This document shows, in pieces, positions 19,120 to 26,908 of a stretch of 64,000 nucleotides of DNA. Under the pieces are notes generated by a model that did not search any database, was not told the origin of the DNA, and worked only from the letters and a program-made list of their open reading frames with translations. The stretch is from assembly GCA_038324445.1 (NCBI GenBank), contig JBBQHZ010000003.1:2106-66105 (forward strand), read 5' to 3'. Position 1 is the stretch's first letter; the number at the start of each line of letters is the position of its first letter. A program made the position numbers and the translations under genes. This DNA is from Rhodobacterales bacterium (lineage in GTDB: Bacteria > Pseudomonadota > Alphaproteobacteria > Rhodobacterales > Rhodobacteraceae).

Positions 19120-20187
19120 TCAGTTGCCTACAAGCTCGCCCTGACGGTCGCCCGGAACACCCGAGGACAGGTAGGTGGCGCCAGGCAGATCAGCACGGCA
19201 CTGCACCGCATTGGGCTCGCCCGTGATCGAGTTCTCGAACGGACCCGAGACGAAGATCTCGGCCTCGGGGCCTTGGCCGCCGGTGGCTTCGGCAATCGCC
19301 CACTGGACCGCCAGACGCACGTTGTCGGTGCCGGTCTCGATGGTGAACAGCTCGAAATCCGGATTGGCTTCTTGGTTCTCGGTCCAGAAGCAGCCCAGCG
19401 AGTTACCATCGGAGGTCACCAGCATCGGGATCGAACGGTTGAAGTTCTGAAACACCGGCAGGGCGCCAACCAGCGACGGGCCGAAGTCCGACACGATCAC
19501 GTCGATATCCTCGTGCTGGGCGATCGCCGCGGACAGCACCTGCTGGGTCAGCGAGGGGTCCCAGTTGGTTACGGCGAAGGGCTCGGGGTTCAGGAAGACA
19601 TATTCCTCACCCAGCACCTGACGCATGCCTTCCAGTTCTTCCAGGCCCTGGCTGTTGCCGGCGGGGCCGGACAGGAACAGCAGGTTGGCACCCTCGGGGA
19701 ACGCCTCGGCGATCACGTTGCCCCAGGTGATGCCGTCATCCACGAAAGACGCACCAATGAAGCGGGTGTAGTTGGTTCCGGCCTCGCCGCCGACCAGCAC
19801 GCGGTAGGGCACCACGACCGCGCCCGAGCGATAGGCGTTGGTCAGGGCCGGCAGAACCGCCGGGCCCGCATCGCCGAAGACGACGATGGCATTGACGCCA
19901 CGGGCGGCCATCGAGTTGATGTCTGAAATCGCGCGCTGGGTGTCGCCCTGACCGTCGGCATAGATGTATTCGGTGATCTGCGGGCAACGCTCGGCTTCCT
20001 GGCGACCGGCCTCGGCCGTCACGATGCGCCAGCTGTTGCCACCGAACCCGTCGAGCAGCGCCAGCGACGCCTCGTTCGGGCCGCACCAGGACGGGACGTC
20101 CTGCGCGTTGACGGCAGTTCCGGCCACGGTGATGGCCATGGTTGCGGCGGCGATGGCCGCACCTCCCTTAAGATACGACAGTGTCAT
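19120..20187 (-). CDS. RbsB-like sugar/polyol ABC substrate-binding protein
   Basis: Sec signal MTLSYLKGG..AVNA; GGNSWR; periplasmic binding type I pattern. Confidence 0.85.
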   Translation of the reverse strand: MTLSYLKGGAAIAAATMAITVAGTAVNAQDVPSWCGPNEASLALLDGFGGNSWRIVTAEAGRQEAERCPQITEYIYADGQGDTQRAISDINSMAARGVNAIVVFGDAGPAVLPALTNAYRSGAVVVPYRVLVGGEAGTNYTRFIGASFVDDGITWGNVIAEAFPEGANLLFLSGPAGNSQGLEELEGMRQVLGEEYVFLNPEPFAVTNWDPSLTQQVLSAAIAQHEDIDVIVSDFGPSLVGALPVFQNFNRSIPMLVTSDGNSLGCFWTENQEANPDFELFTIETGTDNVRLAVQWAIAEATGGQGPEAEIFVSGPFENSITGEPNAVQCRADLPGATYLSSGVPGDRQGELVGN

Positions 20188-21205
20188 GGTCTTCCTCCTC
20201 CATTGGTTTTTGGTTGGTCTTTGAGAAACGCCCAGTCCAGTTGATCGAATACACACCGATCCCGAAGACGAGGGCGAGGGCTTGAACGATGGTCTGAGCC
20301 GAGTAGGGCACGCCGATGGACAGCGCGAACTGGCTGAGTTGATTGAGAAAAAAGGCGGCGATCATCACCGAGATCGGAAAGCCGCGCCCGCCCAGCAGGG
20401 ACACACCCGCCAACACGACCACCGCCACCGAGGGCAGCAGCAGGCTGTTGCCCTGAAATGCCGTGGGCTCGCGCGTGATTCCTGCAAGCAGGAACCCCGC
20501 GACGCAGTAATGCAGTTGCGCCAGCACGTAGGCCGCGCCTTCATAAAGCCGGACCCTAAGCCCCGCCGCGTGCGCAGCCAGCGGGTTGGCACCAATGGCC
20601 TCGAACCGGCGGCCCACGACGGTTTTTTTCAACACGAAGCTGACCAGCGCCAGAATTGCCACGGCGAAGAACACCGAATGCGGGATGCCAAGGCTGCGCC
20701 CACCTGCAATCTCCGCCAGAAGGTCGGTGGTGATGCGCGGCACACCGCCCGAAACGGCAAACACCGCCCCGAACAGCAACGCATTCATCCCGATGGTGGC
20801 GACGATCGCGTTGAGCCGGAAAAGCGCCACCATGACGCCGTTCAGAACGCCCGCAACCAACGCGCAGCCCAAAGCCACCAGTGCCGCCTGAAACAGCAAC
20901 GCGTCGTTGCCGTTGGCGGTGTGGGAGGCCACGACAACAGCGAGCGACACACCGCCCGGCACCGAAAGGTCAAACCCGCCCTGCTGGACCACCAGCATCT
21001 GGCCAAGACCGACGATCCCCAGCACCGCCGCGAAGGGCAGGCTTCCCATCAGTGAACCGGGGGTGACGGCAGAGGGTGCATAGATCACGCACAGCACGAT
21101 CAGCGCGATTGTCGAGACCACAATCGTCACAAACCCCTTCGCCACCGGCAGTGAGGACGCGGCAAGCGGGGTCTGGGTTCGGACTGTGGTGCCGGTCTGG
21201 GCCAT
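20168..21205 (-). CDS. CUT2 ABC permease
   Basis: QQGGFDLSV, GRRFEAIGANP. Confidence 0.88.
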   Translation of the reverse strand: MAQTGTTVRTQTPLAASSLPVAKGFVTIVVSTIALIVLCVIYAPSAVTPGSLMGSLPFAAVLGIVGLGQMLVVQQGGFDLSVPGGVSLAVVVASHTANGNDALLFQAALVALGCALVAGVLNGVMVALFRLNAIVATIGMNALLFGAVFAVSGGVPRITTDLLAEIAGGRSLGIPHSVFFAVAILALVSFVLKKTVVGRRFEAIGANPLAAHAAGLRVRLYEGAAYVLAQLHYCVAGFLLAGITREPTAFQGNSLLLPSVAVVVLAGVSLLGGRGFPISVMIAAFFLNQLSQFALSIGVPYSAQTIVQALALVFGIGVYSINWTGRFSKTNQKPMEEEDHDTVVS

Positions 21206-21264
21206 CTGGGCGGACGCTCTCGGGGTTGCAGGGTCGGGTTAACGGGCTCGGGATGAAGGGGAGA

Positions 21265-22245
21265 TCAGGCGATTTCGAGGGTGACCTTCACGGCCTTGGT
21301 CGGGTCCTTGCCGAGGGCGAGCGCTGTCAGCGCATCGTCGAGGCCGTAAGTGTGGGTCTGGATCGGTGACAGATCGAGGCCTGTGCGCTCCAGAAACCGG
21401 ATCGCGGCGGGCCAGACGCCGGGCGAGCCGATGCAGCCCCGAACGGTGAGGTTCTTGATCTGGATCTTGCCCAGATCGAGCGTGATCTTGTTGCCGATGC
21501 TGATGCCTACCATGGATACGCAGCCATCATCGCGGGTGTAATCGAACACATTGGCAAGGGACGCGGGATGCCCGGCGCATTCCACCGTCAGATCGGCGCC
21601 GCCCTTCGTCATCTCCCGCACTGCTTCCACGGGATCACCGGCGTTGGGGTCGATGGTTGCGTCGGCCCCCAGTCGCATGGCGATATCGCGGCGCAGTGGA
21701 ACGGGATCTACCACGATCACCCGCGCGCCCATGCCGATGGCGGCGGCCGCCGTGACCAGCCCGATGGTGCCACCGCCCGAGACGACCACGGTCTGCGAGG
21801 CATCAACGCCGCCATGGCGCAGCACCGCGTAATAACCACAGGTAAACGGCTCGATCAGGGCGCCTTTGGCGTCGTCGACCGCATCGGGCAGCGTGTGCAG
21901 CCATTCCGGCCGCGCAGCGAAGAATTCGCGATCCGCGCCATCCATGGAAAATCCGAAATGGTGGATGCGCTCGGGCGTATTGATGACGCATTCGCCCACC
22001 ACGCGGTCGCCTTCCTTCAGGCCCTTCACATGGCGGCCCACCTGTACCACCTCGCCCACCCATTCGTGGCCGGGGGTGACGGGATAGGAGATCGGGATGA
22101 TGTATTGGCCAGCCAGAAGCTCGTAATCGGAATGACAGATGCCGACCCGGCGCGAGCGGATAAGCACTTCGCCATCGCCCATCGACGGCGTCTGAACCTG
22201 CGCCACGACGGGTTTGTTCGGTTCGTCGAAGATCAGTGCTTTCAT
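21265..22245 (-). CDS. Zn-dependent MDR alcohol/polyol dehydrogenase
   Basis: GICHSD, PGHE, GGGTIG; start MKALIFDE. Confidence 0.88.
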   Translation of the reverse strand: MKALIFDEPNKPVVAQVQTPSMGDGEVLIRSRRVGICHSDYELLAGQYIIPISYPVTPGHEWVGEVVQVGRHVKGLKEGDRVVGECVINTPERIHHFGFSMDGADREFFAARPEWLHTLPDAVDDAKGALIEPFTCGYYAVLRHGGVDASQTVVVSGGGTIGLVTAAAAIGMGARVIVVDPVPLRRDIAMRLGADATIDPNAGDPVEAVREMTKGGADLTVECAGHPASLANVFDYTRDDGCVSMVGISIGNKITLDLGKIQIKNLTVRGCIGSPGVWPAAIRFLERTGLDLSPIQTHTYGLDDALTALALGKDPTKAVKVTLEIA

Positions 22246-23282
22246 GACGCTTTCTCCAGATTGTCCATGGCCGGTCGGGCCACCGTTTCGATCTGCCCGC
22301 TGAGCGCAGATTTGAAGACGGCTTCCAGCAGGGCGATGTTGTTGATCAGATGCTCGCCGGTGACGGCATAGGCCTCCTTGCCGCGCACGGCGCGCGCGAA
22401 GGACACGAGGTTGTCCTTGACCGGTTCGGCCTTGCCGATCTCTTGCGTCTGGATCGGGCCGCCCGCCATGGCCGAGGTGACGATCCAGCCATCGGGCGCC
22501 TCCACATGGGCCTTGTCGCGGATGTCGATCCAGCCCTTCGATCCGAACACGGCGAAGCGCGAGATGAACGGGTTGGCCAGCGAGGCCGAAACATAGGACG
22601 TGCCGCCGCCCGCGAATTTCACAAAAGCCGCCACCGTGTCGCCCTGCGGCAGATCGGTGGACAGTTGCTCGCTGATGCACAGCACGCTTTCGGCCCGGCC
22701 CAGCAGGCGGACGGACAGGTCCAGCAGATGAATGCCTGTGGCCGTCATGCCCCCCGCAGGTGCCTGATCCGCCTTCAACCGCCAGTTGCTCCGGTCGAGC
22801 GAGACGAATTTGTCGTGGCTGAAATTGGCCTCGATCTGGTGGATGCGACCCAACTCGCCCGCATCGGCACGGGCCAGCATGTCGGCAATCGGTGGTTCCC
22901 ACCGGCGCTCGTGGCCCATGCCAAGGATCAGCCTGGCATCGGCGCAGAGCGCTACGGAGCGCGCGGCCTCCGCCGCCGTCAGGGCAAGGGGCTTTTCGCA
23001 GAAGATGTGCTTGCCCGCCGCCACGGCCTGCGCGATCTGGGCGGTGTGCAGGGAATGGGGCGTGGCCAGAACAACGGCTTCCACCTCCGGATCGGCCAGC
23101 GCATCGGCGTAATTGGCGCTGAGCTGGATGCCCTTGTCCGCGCAAAGGTCGCGCACGGAATCAAGGTTCGGCTCTACCGCGCGCACCACGGTGATGTCAT
23201 TCGGGGCGGCCTGCAACACTGCCAGCATCTTCTGGCCCCACCAACCCAGGCCGACCAAGGCGATTTTCACCGGACCCGACAT
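22242..23282 (-). CDS. Gfo/Idh/MocA oxidoreductase
   Basis: GLGWWG, ATPHSLH, CEKP, GIHLLD. Confidence 0.9.
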   Translation of the reverse strand: MSGPVKIALVGLGWWGQKMLAVLQAAPNDITVVRAVEPNLDSVRDLCADKGIQLSANYADALADPEVEAVVLATPHSLHTAQIAQAVAAGKHIFCEKPLALTAAEAARSVALCADARLILGMGHERRWEPPIADMLARADAGELGRIHQIEANFSHDKFVSLDRSNWRLKADQAPAGGMTATGIHLLDLSVRLLGRAESVLCISEQLSTDLPQGDTVAAFVKFAGGGTSYVSASLANPFISRFAVFGSKGWIDIRDKAHVEAPDGWIVTSAMAGGPIQTQEIGKAEPVKDNLVSFARAVRGKEAYAVTGEHLINNIALLEAVFKSALSGQIETVARPAMDNLEKAS

Positions 23283-23566
23283 CAGCGATTGTCCACGCGT
23301 TTGGAGAAGGGCCGGATCGACACGGTCTTCCAGAGTTCGGCCTTGGCAAAGGGATCGTTGCGGTTGAACGCCTCGACCTCGGCGAGGCTGTCGGCCTCCA
23401 GCACAAAGCAACTGCCGATCATCGTCGCGTTGTCATCGGCCAGAAGCGGGCCCGAGATCAGCGTCTTCACGCTTGCGGCTGCGAGGTAGGCCTTGTGCGC
23501 ATCGTAATGGGCCAGCCGCTTGTCGACGGCACCGTCATGGTCGAGGCAATGGATCACATAGTGCAT
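23282..23566 (-). CDS. YciI-family protein
   Basis: 95 aa; R..H..H, SGPLL, GSCFVL, DPF motifs. Confidence 0.85.
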   Translation of the reverse strand: MHYVIHCLDHDGAVDKRLAHYDAHKAYLAAASVKTLISGPLLADDNATMIGSCFVLEADSLAEVEAFNRNDPFAKAELWKTVSIRPFSKRVDNR

Positions 23567-23576
23567 GGGTCTGTCC

Positions 23577-24647
23577 TCAGGCCGGGATGATCTTGCGGGC
23601 ACGGAGTTCGTCGAACACGTCCGTGAAGCTTTCGCGGGTCGACTGATAGGCGGCGAAGCCCAGCTTGCGGCTGTTGGTCATGTCGGTGAAGCATTCCAGG
23701 TCTCGGCCCAGATCGGCGTCGCTGTGCCACCACGACGCCAGTTTGCCCACGGGAATGTCCTGCAACCCGTGTTTGGCGACGATGTCCTTCCAGATCGCGT
23801 CGGCCCCTGCCATCTGCCCTTCAAGGGGCGTCGGGTGACCGGGATATTCCGCGGCCGCGATCCCGAAGTAATCGGCAATCTGCTGCCACAGCCATGTCCA
23901 GCGGAAGATATCGCCGTTGGCGGTGTTGAAGGGAGTGTTCGCCGCTTCGGGCGTGGTAGCGGCCCAGTGCAACTGCTCTGCCAACAAGCGCGCATCGGTG
24001 ACATCCGTCGCAGCGTTGTATTGCTGGGGAGAGCCGGGATAGACGAATGGCATCCCCGTGTGCTTGCAGATCGAGGCATAGACGGCCAGCGTCACCGCCA
24101 TGTTCATGTAGTTGCCGATGACAAAGCCGATCATCGAATGGGGCCTATGGACGGACCAGGTGAAGCCGCGCTTCGCTGCCATCTCGAACAGCACGTCCTC
24201 CTGCGCGTAGTAGAAATTCGGCCCCGGCAAGCGTGGGCTGCTTTCCAGGAACGGCGTGTAGGGCTTCACCTTGGCGTAGTCGTCGAACGAGCCGAGGTAG
24301 TGCTTGAGGCCCGTCACCAGTGCGGCGTGTTTCACCGGCGCGTGCGCGATCCCGTCAAAGAGGTTGCGCACCATCAGGGCGTTGACGCGGACATTCTCGT
24401 CCTCGCTCGCCTGCCGTGCCCAGAGGCAGAAGAACACATGGGTGACGTCCCCTGCCGCTGCCAGCGCGGCTTTGCTACTGGCGGCATCGGTCAGATCAGC
24501 GGCGATGTGGCGATCGGACCAGTCGAGGTCGGCATCGCTGCGCGACACGGTCACAACCGTCCAGCCAAGGCTCTTGAGGTGGCGTCCGGCATAGCTGCCT
24601 GACAATCCCGTGGCCCCGACGATCAAGGCGATGTTCTGGTCCGTCAT
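23577..24647 (-). CDS. PRISE-like (progesterone 5-beta-reductase/iridoid synthase-type) extended SDR
   Basis: GATGLSG, TGLKHY, NFYYAQED, WSVHRP, FNTANGD. Confidence 0.85.
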   Translation of the reverse strand: MTDQNIALIVGATGLSGSYAGRHLKSLGWTVVTVSRSDADLDWSDRHIAADLTDAASSKAALAAAGDVTHVFFCLWARQASEDENVRVNALMVRNLFDGIAHAPVKHAALVTGLKHYLGSFDDYAKVKPYTPFLESSPRLPGPNFYYAQEDVLFEMAAKRGFTWSVHRPHSMIGFVIGNYMNMAVTLAVYASICKHTGMPFVYPGSPQQYNAATDVTDARLLAEQLHWAATTPEAANTPFNTANGDIFRWTWLWQQIADYFGIAAAEYPGHPTPLEGQMAGADAIWKDIVAKHGLQDIPVGKLASWWHSDADLGRDLECFTDMTNSRKLGFAAYQSTRESFTDVFDELRARKIIPA

Positions 24648-24684
24648 TGGGTGAGGTGTCCGTTCATTTCTTCAGGAAAGGGAA

Positions 24685-25752
24685 TCAGGTGGTTACGAGG
24701 ATCTTCAGGTGTTCCCCTGCGGGGTCGAGAAGCGCCTCGAACCCTTTGGCGACCACATCCTCGGCGGCGATGCGGGCGGTGATGACCTTCTCGACCGGGA
24801 AAATCCCGGCCTCGATCATCCGGGCGATGCGAGGCCAGATCTGCGTCGGATAGCACCATGTCGCTTCGACCGTGATGTCCTTGAGCGCCCAGAGCATCGC
24901 GTCGACGCTTGCGGGTTTCATGTGCAGGCCCACCTGAACGACCTTGCCCTGTCGGCGCACGGCCTCAGCGCAGGCATTGAGCGACCGTTCGAGGCCGACA
25001 CATTCAAGCGCCACGTCCACACCCACGCCCTCTTCGGTCAGATCACCGACCATGGTCTGCAACTGCCCGGTGGCGGGGTCGACGACATGGGCGTAGGGCG
25101 CAATCTCGGCGATGATGCGGCGGCGGTTCGGGTTGGGTTCCGACACGATGATCGTGGTTGCACCGGCTGCTTTCGCTGCCAGAACCGTCAGGGCCCCGAT
25201 GGGCCCCGCGCCCGATACCAGCACGGTCGATCCCGCCTCCACCCGGCCCCGGTCCACGCCATAGAGCGCGACGGCGGCAGGCTCGATCATCGCCGCCTGC
25301 TCGTCGGTGATCCCGTCCGGCACCGGCTGCGCGTTGTAATCCTTGATGACTGCCTTCTCGCCCATGCCGCCCCAGGCCCAGCTGAGGCCGACACATCCCA
25401 GAGAGGGCGACAGGTGATAGAGCCCGCGCTTGCCGTAATAGTCGTTGCGTGGTGCAACCAGCGGCTGGATCGAGATCCGGTCGCCCGCCTTGAGGGTGCC
25501 GACGGCGTCCCCCACCGCCAGCACACGGGCAGAGAACTCGTGTCCGAGGATCTGCGGATTGCTCGCGCCGGTATAGGCATGCGGTGCGCTTGGCGTGACG
25601 ATGGGGCCGGCGATGTATTCATGGAGGTCAGTGCCGCAAATGCCGGTGACGATCGGCGCGATCAGCACGTCATCGGGCAGCAGCGAGCCCGAGGGTTCTG
25701 CCACTTCTTCTACACGAATATCCTTGGCCCCGTGAAAACGTACCGCTTTCAA
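24685..25752 (-). CDS. MDR dehydrogenase, 2,3-butanediol/polyol dehydrogenase-like
   Basis: GICGTDLHEY, GHEFS, GAGPIG; TTG start behind GGGAGGGA. Confidence 0.85.
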   Translation of the reverse strand: MKAVRFHGAKDIRVEEVAEPSGSLLPDDVLIAPIVTGICGTDLHEYIAGPIVTPSAPHAYTGASNPQILGHEFSARVLAVGDAVGTLKAGDRISIQPLVAPRNDYYGKRGLYHLSPSLGCVGLSWAWGGMGEKAVIKDYNAQPVPDGITDEQAAMIEPAAVALYGVDRGRVEAGSTVLVSGAGPIGALTVLAAKAAGATTIIVSEPNPNRRRIIAEIAPYAHVVDPATGQLQTMVGDLTEEGVGVDVALECVGLERSLNACAEAVRRQGKVVQVGLHMKPASVDAMLWALKDITVEATWCYPTQIWPRIARMIEAGIFPVEKVITARIAAEDVVAKGFEALLDPAGEHLKILVTT

Positions 25753-25878
25753 TGGATCGTCCCTCCCCATTGCCCGGCGCGCAAAGGACGCGCCGCACCG
25801 TCGATCCTGACGCGCGGTCGAACCGCGTCTCCCCGTCTGGATAGACTCGATTCGTAGCAAACCCGCAGCGCCTTGGGT

Positions 25879-25930
25879 TGCCAAATTTCTCCGCTTCGGA
25901 AAAATTTGGCAGAACGCCTCCGAAGTGGAA
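25879..25930. promoter_or_regulatory. Palindromic operator region between divergent promoters
   Basis: TGCCAAATTT-c-TCCG-ctt-CGGA-a-AAATTTGGCA, plus a second inverted copy of the core (TTCCACTTCGGAG on the minus strand, 25918-25930). Confidence 0.6.
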
Positions 25931-25966
25931 ACATAATATGGCGCAAGGCCACAGGGAGGCAGGGCG

Positions 25967-26902
25967 ATGATCCGGACCGAGGATTCGATGACGGATGCGA
26001 GTGTTGCAGCGGGGGCAGGAAGCGCTCGGGTCGGCTGGATCGGGGCTGGAAAAATGGGCTTTCCCATGGCCTTGAACCTACTGGCCAAAGGAGTTCCCGT
26101 GACCGTCAGCGACCCGGTGGCCGAGCAGGTGGCGGCGCTGGTTGCGGCTGGGGCGACTCAGGCTGCTGCGCTATCGGACCAAGCTGCGTCGGACATCGTT
26201 TTCGCCACCCTGCCGCACGACGCGGCCCTTCTTGCCGTGGTCGAGGGCGACGGGAAAGCGCCGGGCCTGGCCGAAGTCCTGCGTCCCGGCGCGATCTTCG
26301 TGGAAATGAGCACGGTTTCGCCGACCTGTTCCGTCATGGTGGCCGAACGATTGGAAAAGACAGGCATTTCCTACATCCGCGCGCCGCTTTCTGGCAGCAC
26401 GACGATGGCCGAGACGGCATCCCTGACCGTGCTGGCATCGGGCGACGCTGCGGCCTGGGCGCGGGCGTTGCCGCATATCAAGCTGATGTCCGCGAGACAA
26501 TTCCTGGTCGGCGCAGGGGACGAAGCGCGATACATGAAACTGGTGCTCAACACGCTGGTCGGCGCTTCGTCCGCGATTTTGGCAGAGGCTCTGGCTCTTG
26601 GCGCAAGCGGTGGTCTCACGCGCGACACGATGATGGAGGTGATCGGCGCCAGCGCCGTCGCCTCGCCCCTGTTTGGCTACAAGGCCAAGGCGGTGGTCGA
26701 GGCGGACTATACCGCCGCCTTCACGGTTACGCAGATGATCAAGGATTTCACCCTGATCCTTGACGCCGCCCGCCGGAACGGGGTGACGCTGCCAACCACG
26801 GACTTGATCCTTGGCCTTTATCATGCTGCATCTGAGTCAGGCCTCGACAACGAAGATTTCTTCTCTTTGGTGAAATGGCAGCAAGACTTGTCCAACAGGT
26901 AG
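25967..26902 (+). CDS. 3-hydroxyisobutyrate/6-phosphogluconate dehydrogenase-family oxidoreductase
   Basis: GAGKMG, EMSTVSP, APLSGS, YMKLVLN. Confidence 0.88.
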   Translation: MIRTEDSMTDASVAAGAGSARVGWIGAGKMGFPMALNLLAKGVPVTVSDPVAEQVAALVAAGATQAAALSDQAASDIVFATLPHDAALLAVVEGDGKAPGLAEVLRPGAIFVEMSTVSPTCSVMVAERLEKTGISYIRAPLSGSTTMAETASLTVLASGDAAAWARALPHIKLMSARQFLVGAGDEARYMKLVLNTLVGASSAILAEALALGASGGLTRDTMMEVIGASAVASPLFGYKAKAVVEADYTAAFTVTQMIKDFTLILDAARRNGVTLPTTDLILGLYHAASESGLDNEDFFSLVKWQQDLSNR

Positions 26903-26908
26903 AATGCC

